64,000 nucleotides of DNA. Source: an uncultured bacterium (GTDB lineage: Bacteria; SAR324; NAC60-12). Made by a program: the position numbers and the translations under genes. This document shows positions 40,168 through 50,397 of the stretch, one piece after another. The stretch's first letter is position 1; every line of letters starts with the position of its first letter. The stretch covers positions 67,427 through 131,426 of the forward strand of contig CBFIJD010000003.1 in NCBI GenBank assembly GCA_965662845.1, in the 5' to 3' direction. Under the pieces are notes generated by a model. That model made no database searches. It had not been told where the DNA came from and saw only the letters and a list, made by a program, of their open reading frames with translations.

Positions 40168-41237
40168 TTCATACCTGAGCTAGCGATCCCTGTGGTGATG
40201 AACTTCTGCAGAAAGGCGAACACCACTACCACGGGAATCAACGTGACGACGGTCATCGCGAGGATGTAGTGCCATTGCACGTCAAGCTCACCCTGGAACG
40301 CGTTCAAACCGACCTGCAGCGTGTAGACTTCCGAGCGGTTGAGCACGATGAGTGGCCACAAGAACTCATTCCAGCGCCACATGATCGAGAAGATCGCCAA
40401 GACCGCGACCGCAGGCATCGCCAGCGGTAAGACCACTCGCCAGTACACCTGCCACTCGCTGGCTTTGTCCATCCGCGCCGCCTCAATCAAATCTCTGGGG
40501 ATAGTGAGCATGTACTGTCGCAACAAAAACACGCCTGTCGGCGTCGCCGCTCCCGGCAGAATGACCGCCCACAGCGAGTTCACAAAGCCGAGCTCGGTGA
40601 CCACCAAATACACCGGCACCAGAATCACCGTGATGGGAATCATCAGCGTCCCGATCACTAGCAGCATCGCGGCGTTGCGCCCCTTGAACTCATAGATGGA
40701 CAGCCCAAACGCCGCCATCGAGTTGATCAACAGCGTAATCAGCGTCGCGGCAAACGTGACAATCACAGAGTTGAACAGATAGTTCGCGAAGTTGAAGCGC
40801 TCTAGCGGATCGAGATAGTTCTCCCACGCCATGCGGAACTCGCGGATCGGCTCGCGATTCGCGATGGGGACCTTGAATTTTTGCGTTGGGTCGGCGGGAT
40901 CGACCATCTGGCTGATGATGCCGATCCGGCGCACTTGTGCCAATTCGCGGGTGGAGCCGTCCTCAAACGTCACGTTGAACAGCAGCAGCGGCTCTTCAAA
41001 GCCTTCCACAGCGACCGCGACTTGCCCCATCGGCAGCAGCGGCGGGGGAAACTCCAAGAGCCCCGCTTTGGTCTTGAACGACGACAGCACCAGCCACAAC
41101 ACAGGGCCGAACATCAAGCAGACGCCGAGCGCGAGATAGCCGTAGGTGAACGCATCCGTCCAGTGCCAACGCTTCCCCCCACGTCGGACGGTGAGGAGCT
41201 GGCGCACACTTGGGCGAGGCAGACTCAGCTCAGCCAT
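40164..41237 (-). CDS. CUT1 ABC permease (MalG-like)
   Basis: SSFK, NSVIVT, IPRDLIEAARMD, WNEFLWP. Confidence 0.93.
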   Translation of the reverse strand: MAELSLPRPSVRQLLTVRRGGKRWHWTDAFTYGYLALGVCLMFGPVLWLVLSSFKTKAGLLEFPPPLLPMGQVAVAVEGFEEPLLLFNVTFEDGSTRELAQVRRIGIISQMVDPADPTQKFKVPIANREPIREFRMAWENYLDPLERFNFANYLFNSVIVTFAATLITLLINSMAAFGLSIYEFKGRNAAMLLVIGTLMIPITVILVPVYLVVTELGFVNSLWAVILPGAATPTGVFLLRQYMLTIPRDLIEAARMDKASEWQVYWRVVLPLAMPAVAVLAIFSIMWRWNEFLWPLIVLNRSEVYTLQVGLNAFQGELDVQWHYILAMTVVTLIPVVVVFAFLQKFITTGIASSGMK

Positions 41238-42246
41238 GATCCCTCCGTTTGCTGGCCGCAAGCTGCAGCATCGTCAACCCAAACAGGACGACACCTAGCA
41301 GCACAGACGCGGCGGCGGCGAGCCCGAAGTTCTGCACTTGGTTAGAGAAACCTGTGTAGTAAATGTATTGCACAATGAACTGGGTCGCGGTTCCGGGTCC
41401 GCCTCCGGTGAGCACATACACCTCGTCGAAGGTCTGCACCCCTTTGATGAGCGCCAGCACGATCACCACCAACAGATTGGGCCACAGCAACGGCAGCGTA
41501 ATCCGCCAGAACATGCGCTCTTTGCTGGTGCTGTCCATCTCGGCAGCCTCATATAGATCCGGTGGGATGGCTTGCAAGCCGGCGAGGAGAATCAGAGTGT
41601 AAAACCCCATGTGCGCCCAGATCGACACGAAGACCGCCCAGAACATGCCCCACTCCGGACTCACGAAGAACAGCACCTTCTCAAAGCCGAGAGCGACCAG
41701 CCACGCGTTGAGGATGCCGTCTCGCAGCAGAATCCACTTCCAAATCAGAGCCACGACCACCGGAGAGAGCAGCACCGGGAAGAAATAGACCGAGCGGAAG
41801 AAGCCACGCGCCCGAATCTTGCGGTTCAAGACCAGCGCGGTGATCAGCGAGAACAAAACCAAGAAGGTGAGCTGAAAGCAAATGAAGACGGCGGTGTTGA
41901 AGAACCCCTTCCAAAAGCGGTCTTCACGGCACGTCAGCGGGTCGATGTAATTCGCGCAGTCCAACAAAAACCCGTATTGCTCTGTGCCGGTGAAGATCCG
42001 GTCAGAGAGAAAGAGGTTCGTGCCTCCCGTGAGGGAGAAGGCGAAGTTGATAAAGAGGGGAATGATGACGAACAGCCCAAAGAAGCCGAGGTTCGGCAAC
42101 AAGAAGACATACGGCATGCCTCCTTGTCCAAACCAGCGCTGCAAGAGGTTCATCGGCCACTCCAACAGCCGAAACAACTGCTTGACTGGCAACGCGAGGA
42201 AGGCTTGCAGTCGGCTTCCCTGATCTTCTGCAGCGGGGGAAGCCAT
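41230..42246 (-). CDS. CUT1 ABC permease (MalF-like)
   Basis: FLLPN, AGLQAIPPDLYEAAEMD, TGGGPG. Confidence 0.93.
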   Translation of the reverse strand: MASPAAEDQGSRLQAFLALPVKQLFRLLEWPMNLLQRWFGQGGMPYVFLLPNLGFFGLFVIIPLFINFAFSLTGGTNLFLSDRIFTGTEQYGFLLDCANYIDPLTCREDRFWKGFFNTAVFICFQLTFLVLFSLITALVLNRKIRARGFFRSVYFFPVLLSPVVVALIWKWILLRDGILNAWLVALGFEKVLFFVSPEWGMFWAVFVSIWAHMGFYTLILLAGLQAIPPDLYEAAEMDSTSKERMFWRITLPLLWPNLLVVIVLALIKGVQTFDEVYVLTGGGPGTATQFIVQYIYYTGFSNQVQNFGLAAAASVLLGVVLFGLTMLQLAASKRRDHG

Positions 42247-42249
42247 GAA

Positions 42250-43536
42250 TTATTGACCGCGCTGCTTCTCGGTGATTTGCTTCTCGATGTCCTGCTCCAT
42301 GCGAACGTAGGCTTGGTCGAGCGTAAGCTCTCCCATGATCGCTTCGTTGACGCGAGAGATGAGCGCGTTGAACATCACGCGGTTGTAGGGATAGCCCTGC
42401 AGGTCAAACGCGATGGGCGAGATGCCCGGAACGGCGCTCGCGAAGGTCTCCAGCGCATGCTTCGCGCGAGGGTCGCTGGTGTCAAAGTCCAGGCCCTTCT
42501 CCGCCAAGCCCAAGTGCCCTGGAATGAACAAGGTCTTGCCATAGAACTCGGCGAGGTTCTGCTCTTGCGCAAGGTATTCCATGACGCGAGTGACTTCCTT
42601 TGGGTGCTGAGTCCCTTTCATCGCCACGAGCGCCGCGCCACCTGGCATGCCGGTACAGGCCGCCGGACCACAAGGAGCGGGGACCGCCCACCAGTCAAAG
42701 CCATCGCCAATGGTCTTGGCAAACTGAGGAATCTGCCAAGACCCGCTCATGTACATCACGACGCGCGCGTTCGCGAAATCTTCATTTGCGCCGAGGTAAG
42801 ACGACCCCGAGACCGAGCCCCAGAGTTCCTTGGGCATGATCCCTTGCTGGTGCCAGTTGTAGAGCTTCTGGCTCATCATCTTCAGCCCGTCATCAACTAA
42901 CGCCGGCTCACCGCTCGCGCTAAACATCTTGGCGCCCATCGAGATCGCTGGGCCAGAGACGCGGTGTCCGGAGCGGTCCCACGCCATTGGGATAGGGATG
43001 TCGAGCTTATCGGCGACCTGCTTGGAGGCTCGCGCCCAGTCATCCCACGTCGCGCCTTTGCTAGGCATAGCGACGTCAGCCTGCTCAAAGAGCGTCTTGT
43101 TGACGTAGGGTCCAGTGACCGTCAGCTGCGTCATGAACCCCGGAATCGAGGAGGTGTCTCCGGGGAGGCGCTTCCACTTCAAGAAGGGGCCAAAGTTCTG
43201 CTCCCAATACGCAGGGTTCTGCAGGTATGGGCGCATGTCCATGAAATACTTGGCTAGCCCACCGAGGTCGGTCACGCGGGCGATGTCAGGCCCGTCTCCT
43301 GCCGCGAGTTGTACGGGCAAGCTCTCCAAAATCGATTTGTAGGGCACCACGTCGAGGTTCACTTTGATGTCTGGGTTCTCCCGCTCAAAGCGATCCAGGA
43401 TAGAGCGCATCACCTCCCCCTCTCCGCCGTCGTTGTACCACGTCATGCGTAGCGTCGTTTCTGCCCAGAGTGGGGTTGCCCACACCGCGAGCGAGACGGT
43501 GCTCACCGCCACAATCTTTTTGATTTGATTCCACAT
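42250..43536 (-). CDS. CUT1 ABC substrate-binding protein
   Basis: Signal peptide from ATG 43536 with GGAGG RBS; GPDIARV, YVNKTLF, GSW. Confidence 0.9.
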   Translation of the reverse strand: MWNQIKKIVAVSTVSLAVWATPLWAETTLRMTWYNDGGEGEVMRSILDRFERENPDIKVNLDVVPYKSILESLPVQLAAGDGPDIARVTDLGGLAKYFMDMRPYLQNPAYWEQNFGPFLKWKRLPGDTSSIPGFMTQLTVTGPYVNKTLFEQADVAMPSKGATWDDWARASKQVADKLDIPIPMAWDRSGHRVSGPAISMGAKMFSASGEPALVDDGLKMMSQKLYNWHQQGIMPKELWGSVSGSSYLGANEDFANARVVMYMSGSWQIPQFAKTIGDGFDWWAVPAPCGPAACTGMPGGAALVAMKGTQHPKEVTRVMEYLAQEQNLAEFYGKTLFIPGHLGLAEKGLDFDTSDPRAKHALETFASAVPGISPIAFDLQGYPYNRVMFNALISRVNEAIMGELTLDQAYVRMEQDIEKQITEKQRGQ

Positions 43537-43580
43537 GAAGTCCTCCCGTTGAATGGAAATTGGCTGGGTTGAGGTGAACG

Positions 43581-44741
43581 TCAGCGACGCGCTCCACAAC
43601 CGAGCGGCGTTGGTGGCTCGCCAGCAGGCACGCGGCCTTGCGCTTGAGCCAGTTGACAGGTCTGTAGCTGCGGCAGCACTTTGCTGCCAAAGATTTCGCA
43701 CTCGTCCATGTGCGGATAGCCTGAGAAGATGAAGGCGCGAATGCCCATCTTCTGGTAGCGCTCCAGTTTGCTGAGGACTTGATCGACGCTCCCAACTAGC
43801 GCCGCGCCACAGCCAGATCGTGCGCGTCCGACACCTGTCCACAGGTGCGGCTCTACAAAGCCGTCGTCGTCAGAGTTGAGGACATTTTGCGCCTGAAACG
43901 AGACCCCTAGGCTCTTAGCGTCTAGCGCCCGTGACTTGATGGCTTGCCCCACCTCGTCGTCTAATTGTGAGACCAAAGACGCCGCATACTCCCGCGCCTC
44001 GGCTTCTGTGTCCCGCACGACCATGTGCACACGCAGCCCGTAATCTAAGGTCCGCCCAAAGCGCTCGGCGACCGCATGCACGGCTTGCATCCGCGCTTGC
44101 AGAGACGCCTCCGGTTCGGGCCACATCAAGTAGACGTCGCAATGCTCGCCGCAAAGCTCCAGCGCCGAGGGCGAGTAGCCGCCGAAATACAGCAGCGGTC
44201 CGCCGTGTTGCTGGTATGGCTTCACGGGGTCTGCGCTCAGCCCTGAGAGATCGTAGAAGCGTCCGCGAAAGTTGATCTCGTCTTGCGTCCACGCCTGCTT
44301 GAGAATCTCTACGACCTCCCGCGAGCGCTGATAGCGGTCTTCGCTCTCCAACTTCTCGCCGGGCATGTCAGACGAGATGATGTTGACGGTCAAGCGCCCC
44401 TGCAGCATGTGATCGAGCGTGGCGAGCGTGCGGGCGAGCATCGCCGGGTGCAATTCGCCGCAACGAACGGCGGTCAACAGATTGATCCGTGAGGTCTGTG
44501 GTGCGACTCCTGCTGCGAAAGTCAGTGTGTCTTGTCCCACCTGATACGAAGAAGGGCAGAGGATGTTCCCAAAGCCCATCTCCTCAGCCTTCAACAGGAT
44601 GCGGCTCGTGTGCTGCCAGCTGCTGCGCAAGCTCCCCTCCGGAACGCCCAGATAGCGATAGTCATCTGAACACAGCGGCGCGAACCACGCGACTTCTACA
44701 GCGTTGACATCTTGGGAACGGACGGGAACAGGAGCTTGCAT
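43581..44741 (-). CDS. smoC: LLM-class flavin-dependent monooxygenase, probable sulfoquinovose monooxygenase (SmoC/SquD-like)
   Basis: SsuD-like motifs ([51 protein letters not shown]); WF..LCSDDY.YLGVP and [10 protein letters not shown] segments match my recollection of Agrobacterium SmoC. Confidence 0.8.
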   Translation of the reverse strand: MQAPVPVRSQDVNAVEVAWFAPLCSDDYRYLGVPEGSLRSSWQHTSRILLKAEEMGFGNILCPSSYQVGQDTLTFAAGVAPQTSRINLLTAVRCGELHPAMLARTLATLDHMLQGRLTVNIISSDMPGEKLESEDRYQRSREVVEILKQAWTQDEINFRGRFYDLSGLSADPVKPYQQHGGPLLYFGGYSPSALELCGEHCDVYLMWPEPEASLQARMQAVHAVAERFGRTLDYGLRVHMVVRDTEAEAREYAASLVSQLDDEVGQAIKSRALDAKSLGVSFQAQNVLNSDDDGFVEPHLWTGVGRARSGCGAALVGSVDQVLSKLERYQKMGIRAFIFSGYPHMDECEIFGSKVLPQLQTCQLAQAQGRVPAGEPPTPLGCGARR

Positions 44742-44777
44742 GAAACCTATTTGCTTACAATTTTCTGGAGAACAAAC

Positions 44778-45899
44778 ATGACAACAACGTTGCGCTACGG
44801 TCTGATTGGCTGCGGCATGATGGGGCAAGAGCACATTCGCAACATCCAGCTCCTGCCCAACGCGGAGGTCACAGCCTGTTTTGAACCGGACACCGAGATG
44901 CGCCAAGTCGCTCGCCAGCTAGAGCCCAACCTGGCTTTCTTTGACTCTCTCGATGCGCTCTTGCGCCAGGCCTTCGTAGACGCTTGGGTGGTGACCAGCC
45001 CGAACTTTCGGCACGCAGAACAGCTGCAACAGTTGGCAGCGCTGTCGCCCCTGCCCGTCTTAATCGAAAAGCCGCTCTGCACCTCGCTGGAGCAGCTGCG
45101 GAGCCTGCGCTCGCTGGCCGCGACGTACCCGGCTCCTGTGTGGGTCGCGATGGAATATCGCTACATGCCGCCTCTCGCGGCGTTGCTCGAAGAGCTGCGC
45201 TCAGGCACAACCATCGGCGACCTCAAAACCCTGACGATCCGCGAGCACCGCTTCCCCTTCCTCAGCAAAGTCGGAGACTGGAACCGCTTCAACGCCAACA
45301 CCGGCGGGACGTTGGTCGAGAAGTGCTGTCATTTCTTTGACCTGATGCGGCTCATCATACAGAGCGAACCCGTGCGGGTGTATGCGACCGGCGGACAAGA
45401 TGTGAACCACCTCGACGAGCGCTACGACAGCGCCACCCCAGACATCCTAGACCAAGCCTTCGTGCTGGTGGACTTTGCAAATGGCAACCGAGCTTGCTTG
45501 GAGCTCTGCATGTTCGCTGAGGGTTCCCGCTACCAAGAAGAGATCACCGTAGTCGGCGCTCAAGGCAAAGCCGAGTGCTTGATTCCGGGGCCAACGCGGT
45601 TCTGGGATCACGAGCTTGGCGAGCCACCTATTCCCCAGCTCATCCTCAGCCCGCGCGCCCCCAAAGGCCCCAGACTCCGCGAAATTCCTGTCGATCCACA
45701 GCTGCTCGCCGCCGGAGACCACAACGGCTCCACGTTTTACCAGCATCAACGCTTTGCTCAGACCGTGCGAGGCGCGGCGCCGGTAGAAGTCACGCTTGAC
45801 GATGGAGCCAAGTCCGTTTTGATGGGACTCGCCGCGCAAGAGTCGATTCGTATCGGACAAGCCGTGTCGCTACAGGCCGGGGACTTCGCGCTGCCGTGA
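44778..45899 (+). CDS. Gfo/Idh/MocA-fold protein, probable NAD+-dependent sulfoquinovosidase (GH188/SqgA-like)
   Basis: [33 protein letters not shown]; adjacent to the SmoC-like gene; GGAG RBS. Confidence 0.72.
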   Translation: MTTTLRYGLIGCGMMGQEHIRNIQLLPNAEVTACFEPDTEMRQVARQLEPNLAFFDSLDALLRQAFVDAWVVTSPNFRHAEQLQQLAALSPLPVLIEKPLCTSLEQLRSLRSLAATYPAPVWVAMEYRYMPPLAALLEELRSGTTIGDLKTLTIREHRFPFLSKVGDWNRFNANTGGTLVEKCCHFFDLMRLIIQSEPVRVYATGGQDVNHLDERYDSATPDILDQAFVLVDFANGNRACLELCMFAEGSRYQEEITVVGAQGKAECLIPGPTRFWDHELGEPPIPQLILSPRAPKGPRLREIPVDPQLLAAGDHNGSTFYQHQRFAQTVRGAAPVEVTLDDGAKSVLMGLAAQESIRIGQAVSLQAGDFALP

Positions 45900-45915
45900 A
45901 ATTTTGTTAGACGAT

Positions 45916-45954
45916 ATACTGATATACTAGTTTGCAAATTTGCGTCAAACAAAA
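45916..45954 (-). promoter_or_regulatory. Promoter/operator element A (TTTTGTTTGAC-N13-CTAGTATATCAGTAT)
   Basis: Same architecture and spacing as element B at 48941-48979; TTGACG -35 and TATATC -10. Confidence 0.7.
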
Positions 45955-45964
45955 AATGAGCCGC

Positions 45965-47374
45965 CTACTCGAACCGATAGGCGCGCTTCACGAGGCGGTA
46001 TGCCAGATCGTGCGCGACGGTGACCGCCTCTTCTTCTGGGAGACGGTGCTCACAGACTAGCTCTGCGAGGTAGCGGCAGTCGATGCGACGAGCCAGATCA
46101 TGGCGCGCCGGGATTGAGAGGAATGCGCGCGTGTCGTCGTTGAATCCCACGGTGTTGTAAAATCCTGCCGTCTCGGTGGTGGTGCGCCGAAAGCGGAGCA
46201 TCCCTTCGGGGCTGTCGTGGAACCACCAAGCTGGGCCGAGCTTCAGCGCCGGATAATGTCCTGCCAGAGGCGCCAGCTCGCGGCTGTATGTGCTCTCATC
46301 GAGCGTGAACAAAATGAAGGTGAAGTCTCGCTCATTGCCAAAGCGGTTGAGCAGAGGACGCAGCGCGTGGACATATTCGATGCGCGTTGGAATGTCGGCT
46401 CCCTTGTCGCGTCCGAAGCGCTCGTACAGTGGCGCGTTGTGGTTGCGGAACGAGCCTGGATGCAGCTGCATCACGAGCCCGTCCTCCAAGCTCATTCTCG
46501 CCATTTCGGTCAACATCTGCCCACGGAACAGGTCGGCTTCTGCGGGCGAACATTCGCCGCGCAAGGCTTGGGCAAACAATTGTTCACACTCGCGCACCGA
46601 CAGATCGGCTGTGCGGGCGGAGGCGTGGCCATGGTCGGTGGAGGTGGCCCCCATCGCTTGAAAGAAGGCTCGGCGGCGCTGGTGCGCCTGCAGATAACCA
46701 CGCCAGCTGCCGGTGTCTTCGCCTGTGAGTTCGCCCAGACGTTCAACATTCTGCGCGAAGCCTTCAAACTCGGGGTCAACGACTGGGTCGGGACGATAGG
46801 CGGTCACGACGCGCTGGCCCCACCCTGCTGCCCGGAGCTGCTGGTGATGCGACAGCTCGTCTAGCGGCGACTCAGTGGTGGCGATCACTTCGATATGGAA
46901 GCGATCCAGCAGGGCACGCGGTCGGAACGCCTCGCTCGCTAACGTGGCGTTGATCTCGTCATAAATCGCGTCAGCGTGTTCGGGTAACAGCGGGCGAGAG
47001 ACCCCCAACACTTCATAGAGCGCGTGATCCATCCACAGGCGCGAAGGCGTCCCTCGGAACAAATAAAAAGCCTCGACAAAACGCTGCCAAATGCGGCGGG
47101 GGTCTGGCTCCGTCGGTGCGCCAGCGCGCGTCGCGATGCCGAGTTCCTCCAAGCGAATGCCTTGGCTATAGAGCATCCGCAGCAGGTAGTGGTCGGGAGT
47201 CAGGAACAGTTCAGCCGCGTTCCCAAACGTTTCATTCTCTGCAAACCACCGTGGGTCGGTGTGCCCGTGGGGGCTGATGATCGGTAAGTCTTTGACCTCC
47301 GCGTAGAGCCTTCTGGCGACCGCGCGCTGGTCAGGATCCGAAGAGAACAGACGATCAGGGTGCAAACTCGGCAT
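45965..47374 (-). CDS. uxaC: Glucuronate (uronate) isomerase
   Basis: PIISPHGH, PDHY, DHGH, MQLHPG, GPAWWFHDS, FNDDTRAFLSIPARHD. Confidence 0.95.
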   Translation of the reverse strand: MPSLHPDRLFSSDPDQRAVARRLYAEVKDLPIISPHGHTDPRWFAENETFGNAAELFLTPDHYLLRMLYSQGIRLEELGIATRAGAPTEPDPRRIWQRFVEAFYLFRGTPSRLWMDHALYEVLGVSRPLLPEHADAIYDEINATLASEAFRPRALLDRFHIEVIATTESPLDELSHHQQLRAAGWGQRVVTAYRPDPVVDPEFEGFAQNVERLGELTGEDTGSWRGYLQAHQRRRAFFQAMGATSTDHGHASARTADLSVRECEQLFAQALRGECSPAEADLFRGQMLTEMARMSLEDGLVMQLHPGSFRNHNAPLYERFGRDKGADIPTRIEYVHALRPLLNRFGNERDFTFILFTLDESTYSRELAPLAGHYPALKLGPAWWFHDSPEGMLRFRRTTTETAGFYNTVGFNDDTRAFLSIPARHDLARRIDCRYLAELVCEHRLPEEEAVTVAHDLAYRLVKRAYRFE

Positions 47375-47377
47375 GCG

Positions 47378-48097
47378 TCACTCCACAAAATATTCAGGGA
47401 AGTCTCCTCGGATCGCTTCGACATCCGTGAAGACCTTGTTCAAGTGCTCACGCATCGCCTCCACTGCGAGCGCGGGGTTGCCGGCGACGATTTGCTCTGT
47501 GATGCGCCGATGTTCCGCCGCGATCTCCTGAATGCGCACAGGCAGCGGTAACGTCAGATGCCGCACACGATCCATGTGCGCTTTGGCCGCATTCGTGATT
47601 TTCCAGAGCCGGTTCTGGAAGCGAAACTCCGCGATGGTGCGATGGAACAGCTCATCAAAGGCGAACAATTCATGCGCGTCGGCCTTGGTCATCGCGCCTT
47701 CATACTGCTGTAATCGCTGAGCAAGCTCTTCATTGAGCTGAGGCGTCCCGTGCTGCGCGGCGAAAGCAACAGTCGCCGTCTCCATCGCTTCACGGATGAA
47801 GTGGCTCTCACGTACCGCTTCTAAGCTGATGCTCGCGACGCGGGTCCCAGAGTGCGGGAAGATCTCCACCAGCCCGTCTTGTTCCAGCTGCAAGAGCGCC
47901 TCACGGATCGGGGTGCGTGACACGTCAAACTGCTCACTCAGCTCCTTCTCACGCAAGGCGTGGCGCGGTAGCAGCTCACAGTGCACAATCGCCTGCTTCA
48001 AGGCGTCATACACTTGAGGGACGATCGGCAGGCGGCGGTTGATCCGTCTTCGTTCAGGGCTAGAGGATGAGGGGTGAGGGACGAGTTTCGGTGACAT
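47378..48097 (-). CDS. GntR family regulator, FadR/FCD subfamily (RspR-like)
   Basis: VSRTPIREAL HTH, DELFH, EHRRI, REHL. Confidence 0.92.
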   Translation of the reverse strand: MSPKLVPHPSSSSPERRRINRRLPIVPQVYDALKQAIVHCELLPRHALREKELSEQFDVSRTPIREALLQLEQDGLVEIFPHSGTRVASISLEAVRESHFIREAMETATVAFAAQHGTPQLNEELAQRLQQYEGAMTKADAHELFAFDELFHRTIAEFRFQNRLWKITNAAKAHMDRVRHLTLPLPVRIQEIAAEHRRITEQIVAGNPALAVEAMREHLNKVFTDVEAIRGDFPEYFVE

Positions 48098-48121
48098 CGG
48101 CGCACTTGAAAGAGACAGCAG

Positions 48122-48889
48122 TCAGGTACGGAATAACTCTGGAAAACTCTGACGAGCGTCCTGCAAATTTTGGGTTGCACAATCCAGATAACAAACGCTG
48201 AGCGCACGGCGTGAGACCTGAGTGCGGTTGACATCCGAAGCGTGCAGCAGGTGGTTGTGGAGCACGGCCATGTCGCCGGGGTTCATGGTCAAGTGCACGA
48301 CGTCCTCAGAGGTCACGTGTTGGGCGGTCAACTCATCGGTCAAAAAGCCGGAGGGGTGGTCAGGGTTCAGCAGACCGTTGCGGTGCGAACCGGGCAGGAG
48401 CTGGACGCAGCCGTTCGCCTCCGTAGCAGGGTCGAGCGCGAGCCAGATCGTGAGCAGCGGGTCACGATCCAGCTGCTGCCAGCGGTCTTGGTGCCACGGC
48501 AGCCACGTCCCTTGTTGGGCAGGTTTGTTCATGAACATCGTCCGAAAGCTACCAATGGAACGGTTCTCTCCATACACCATGCGGCACAGCGACACCAAAG
48601 CGGGCTGTGTGATCAGCGCGCGAAAGAGCGGGTCCGCTTCTAACCCCTCAATCTTGCGATACGCCCGCGACGGCCCGCGAAAGCCCGTGTCCTGAAAATC
48701 AAGGTCTGCGTACTTGCCTGATGTCGAGTCGAGCTGCATCCAGAGTTGCGCGTAGGGCACAACCGACTTCCCCAGCATGATGTCATCCATGCGCTCTTGC
48801 AGCTGCTGCAGTCGGTCAGGAGCAACAAACTGGGGCACGACAAAATATCCGTCCTGCTCAAATTGCTGGGCGTATGTAGACCAATCCAT
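48122..48889 (-). CDS. Phytanoyl-CoA dioxygenase (PhyH) family Fe(II)/2-oxoglutarate oxygenase
   Basis: WHQD, WLALD, NGC, PGSH, LLHAS, RRA. Confidence 0.9.
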   Translation of the reverse strand: MDWSTYAQQFEQDGYFVVPQFVAPDRLQQLQERMDDIMLGKSVVPYAQLWMQLDSTSGKYADLDFQDTGFRGPSRAYRKIEGLEADPLFRALITQPALVSLCRMVYGENRSIGSFRTMFMNKPAQQGTWLPWHQDRWQQLDRDPLLTIWLALDPATEANGCVQLLPGSHRNGLLNPDHPSGFLTDELTAQHVTSEDVVHLTMNPGDMAVLHNHLLHASDVNRTQVSRRALSVCYLDCATQNLQDARQSFPELFRT

Positions 48890-48940
48890 GAGACCTCAAG
48901 CGGAAAGAATTGAAAGGTCGGGTTGACGTCGCGAGGTGAG

Positions 48941-48979
48941 ATATTGATATATTAGCGATTGACTTATTGTCAAACAAAA
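48941..48979 (-). promoter_or_regulatory. Promoter/operator element B (TTTTGTTTGAC-N13-CTAATATATCAATAT) upstream of phyH-gntR-uxaC, divergent from manD
   Basis: TTGACA -35 and TATATC -10; near-copy of element A. Confidence 0.72.
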
Positions 48980-49037
48980 CCTAATCAAAAGAGAAAGTCT
49001 TCGCTCCTTCGCGCCCAATTTTTCTGATGGAAGCCCC

Positions 49038-50246
49038 ATGAAGATCACATCTGCCCGCGTCCTCGTTACTTGTCCTGGACGCAACTTTGTCACGCTGAAG
49101 ATCGAGACCGATGCCGGCTTGTATGGCATTGGCGACGCCACGCTCAACGGACGAGAGCTTTCTGTGGCGTCATACCTTGAGGATCATATCGCGCCGTGCC
49201 TGATCGGCCGAGATCCTCACCAAATTGAGGACATCTGGCAGTTTTTGTATCGCGGGGCGTATTGGAGGCGAGGGCCGGTCACCATGTCTGCGATCGCGGC
49301 GGTCGATACGGCGCTGTGGGACATCAAGGCGAAGGCGGCGGGGCTGCCCCTCTATCAATTGCTCGGCGGGCGCAGTCGCACAGGCGTGCTGGTGTATGGG
49401 CACGCAAACGGAGCCAACTTAGAAGCGACCATTGAAGAGGTCGGGCGGTACCGAGAGTTAGGATACAAAGCGATCCGCGCCCAGTCTGGCGTGCCCGGAC
49501 TCAACAGCACCTACGGCGTCTCTAAAGATCGCATGTTTTATGAGCCTGCTGACGCTGCTTTGCCGACCGAGAATGTTTGGTCCACCAGCAAATATATCGA
49601 CTTTGTGCCGCGCCTGTTCGAGAAGCTGCGCGAGACCTATGGCTGGAACCTACAGCTGCTGCACGACGTCCACCACCGCCTCACGCCCCTAGAGGCGGCC
49701 CAGGTCGGCAAGGCGCTAGAGCCATATCGCTTGTTCTGGCTGGAAGATGCGGTCCCCGCTGAGAACCAAGCCGCCTTCCGCTTGATCCGACAGCACACGA
49801 CGACGCCTCTTGCCGTTGGGGAAGTTTTCAACACGATTTGGGACTGCAAGACGCTGCTGGAAGAACAGCTGGTGGACTACATCCGCACAACCGTTGTGCA
49901 CGCGGGAGGCATCACCCATCTGCGGCGCATCGCCGATTTAGCAGCGCTGTATCACATCCGCATGGGCAGCCACGGCGCGACCGACTTGTCGCCGGTCTGT
50001 ATGGGCGCCGCGCTGCACTTTGACACGTGGGTGCCGAACTTTGGCATTCAAGAATATATGCGCCACACCGAAGAGACCGACGCAGTCTTTCCCCACGACT
50101 ACACCTTCCACGAGGGGTATTTGTACTGTGGCGAAGCTCCCGGGCACGGCGTGGACATTGATGAAGCGCTCGCCGCCAAATACCCTTACCAACGCGCATA
50201 CCTGCCCGTGAACCGCCTCGAAGACGGGACCATGTGGAATTGGTGA
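49038..50246 (+). CDS. manD: D-mannonate dehydratase, enolase superfamily (ManD/RspA)
   Basis: [54 protein letters not shown]. Confidence 0.95.
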   Translation: MKITSARVLVTCPGRNFVTLKIETDAGLYGIGDATLNGRELSVASYLEDHIAPCLIGRDPHQIEDIWQFLYRGAYWRRGPVTMSAIAAVDTALWDIKAKAAGLPLYQLLGGRSRTGVLVYGHANGANLEATIEEVGRYRELGYKAIRAQSGVPGLNSTYGVSKDRMFYEPADAALPTENVWSTSKYIDFVPRLFEKLRETYGWNLQLLHDVHHRLTPLEAAQVGKALEPYRLFWLEDAVPAENQAAFRLIRQHTTTPLAVGEVFNTIWDCKTLLEEQLVDYIRTTVVHAGGITHLRRIADLAALYHIRMGSHGATDLSPVCMGAALHFDTWVPNFGIQEYMRHTEETDAVFPHDYTFHEGYLYCGEAPGHGVDIDEALAAKYPYQRAYLPVNRLEDGTMWNW

Positions 50247-50397
50247 CCGCCGCGAATGAGGAGCGTCTTCCGCAGTCTCTGCGCTGTCGAGGCTCCAAGA
50301 CTTCGCAAACCCATTGAATGGCCACGGTTTTTTCTAGAAAATGCCCAGCGCTTTTCAACGAAACACGCTCTCGCAACACTACTTTTTGGAGGACTTC

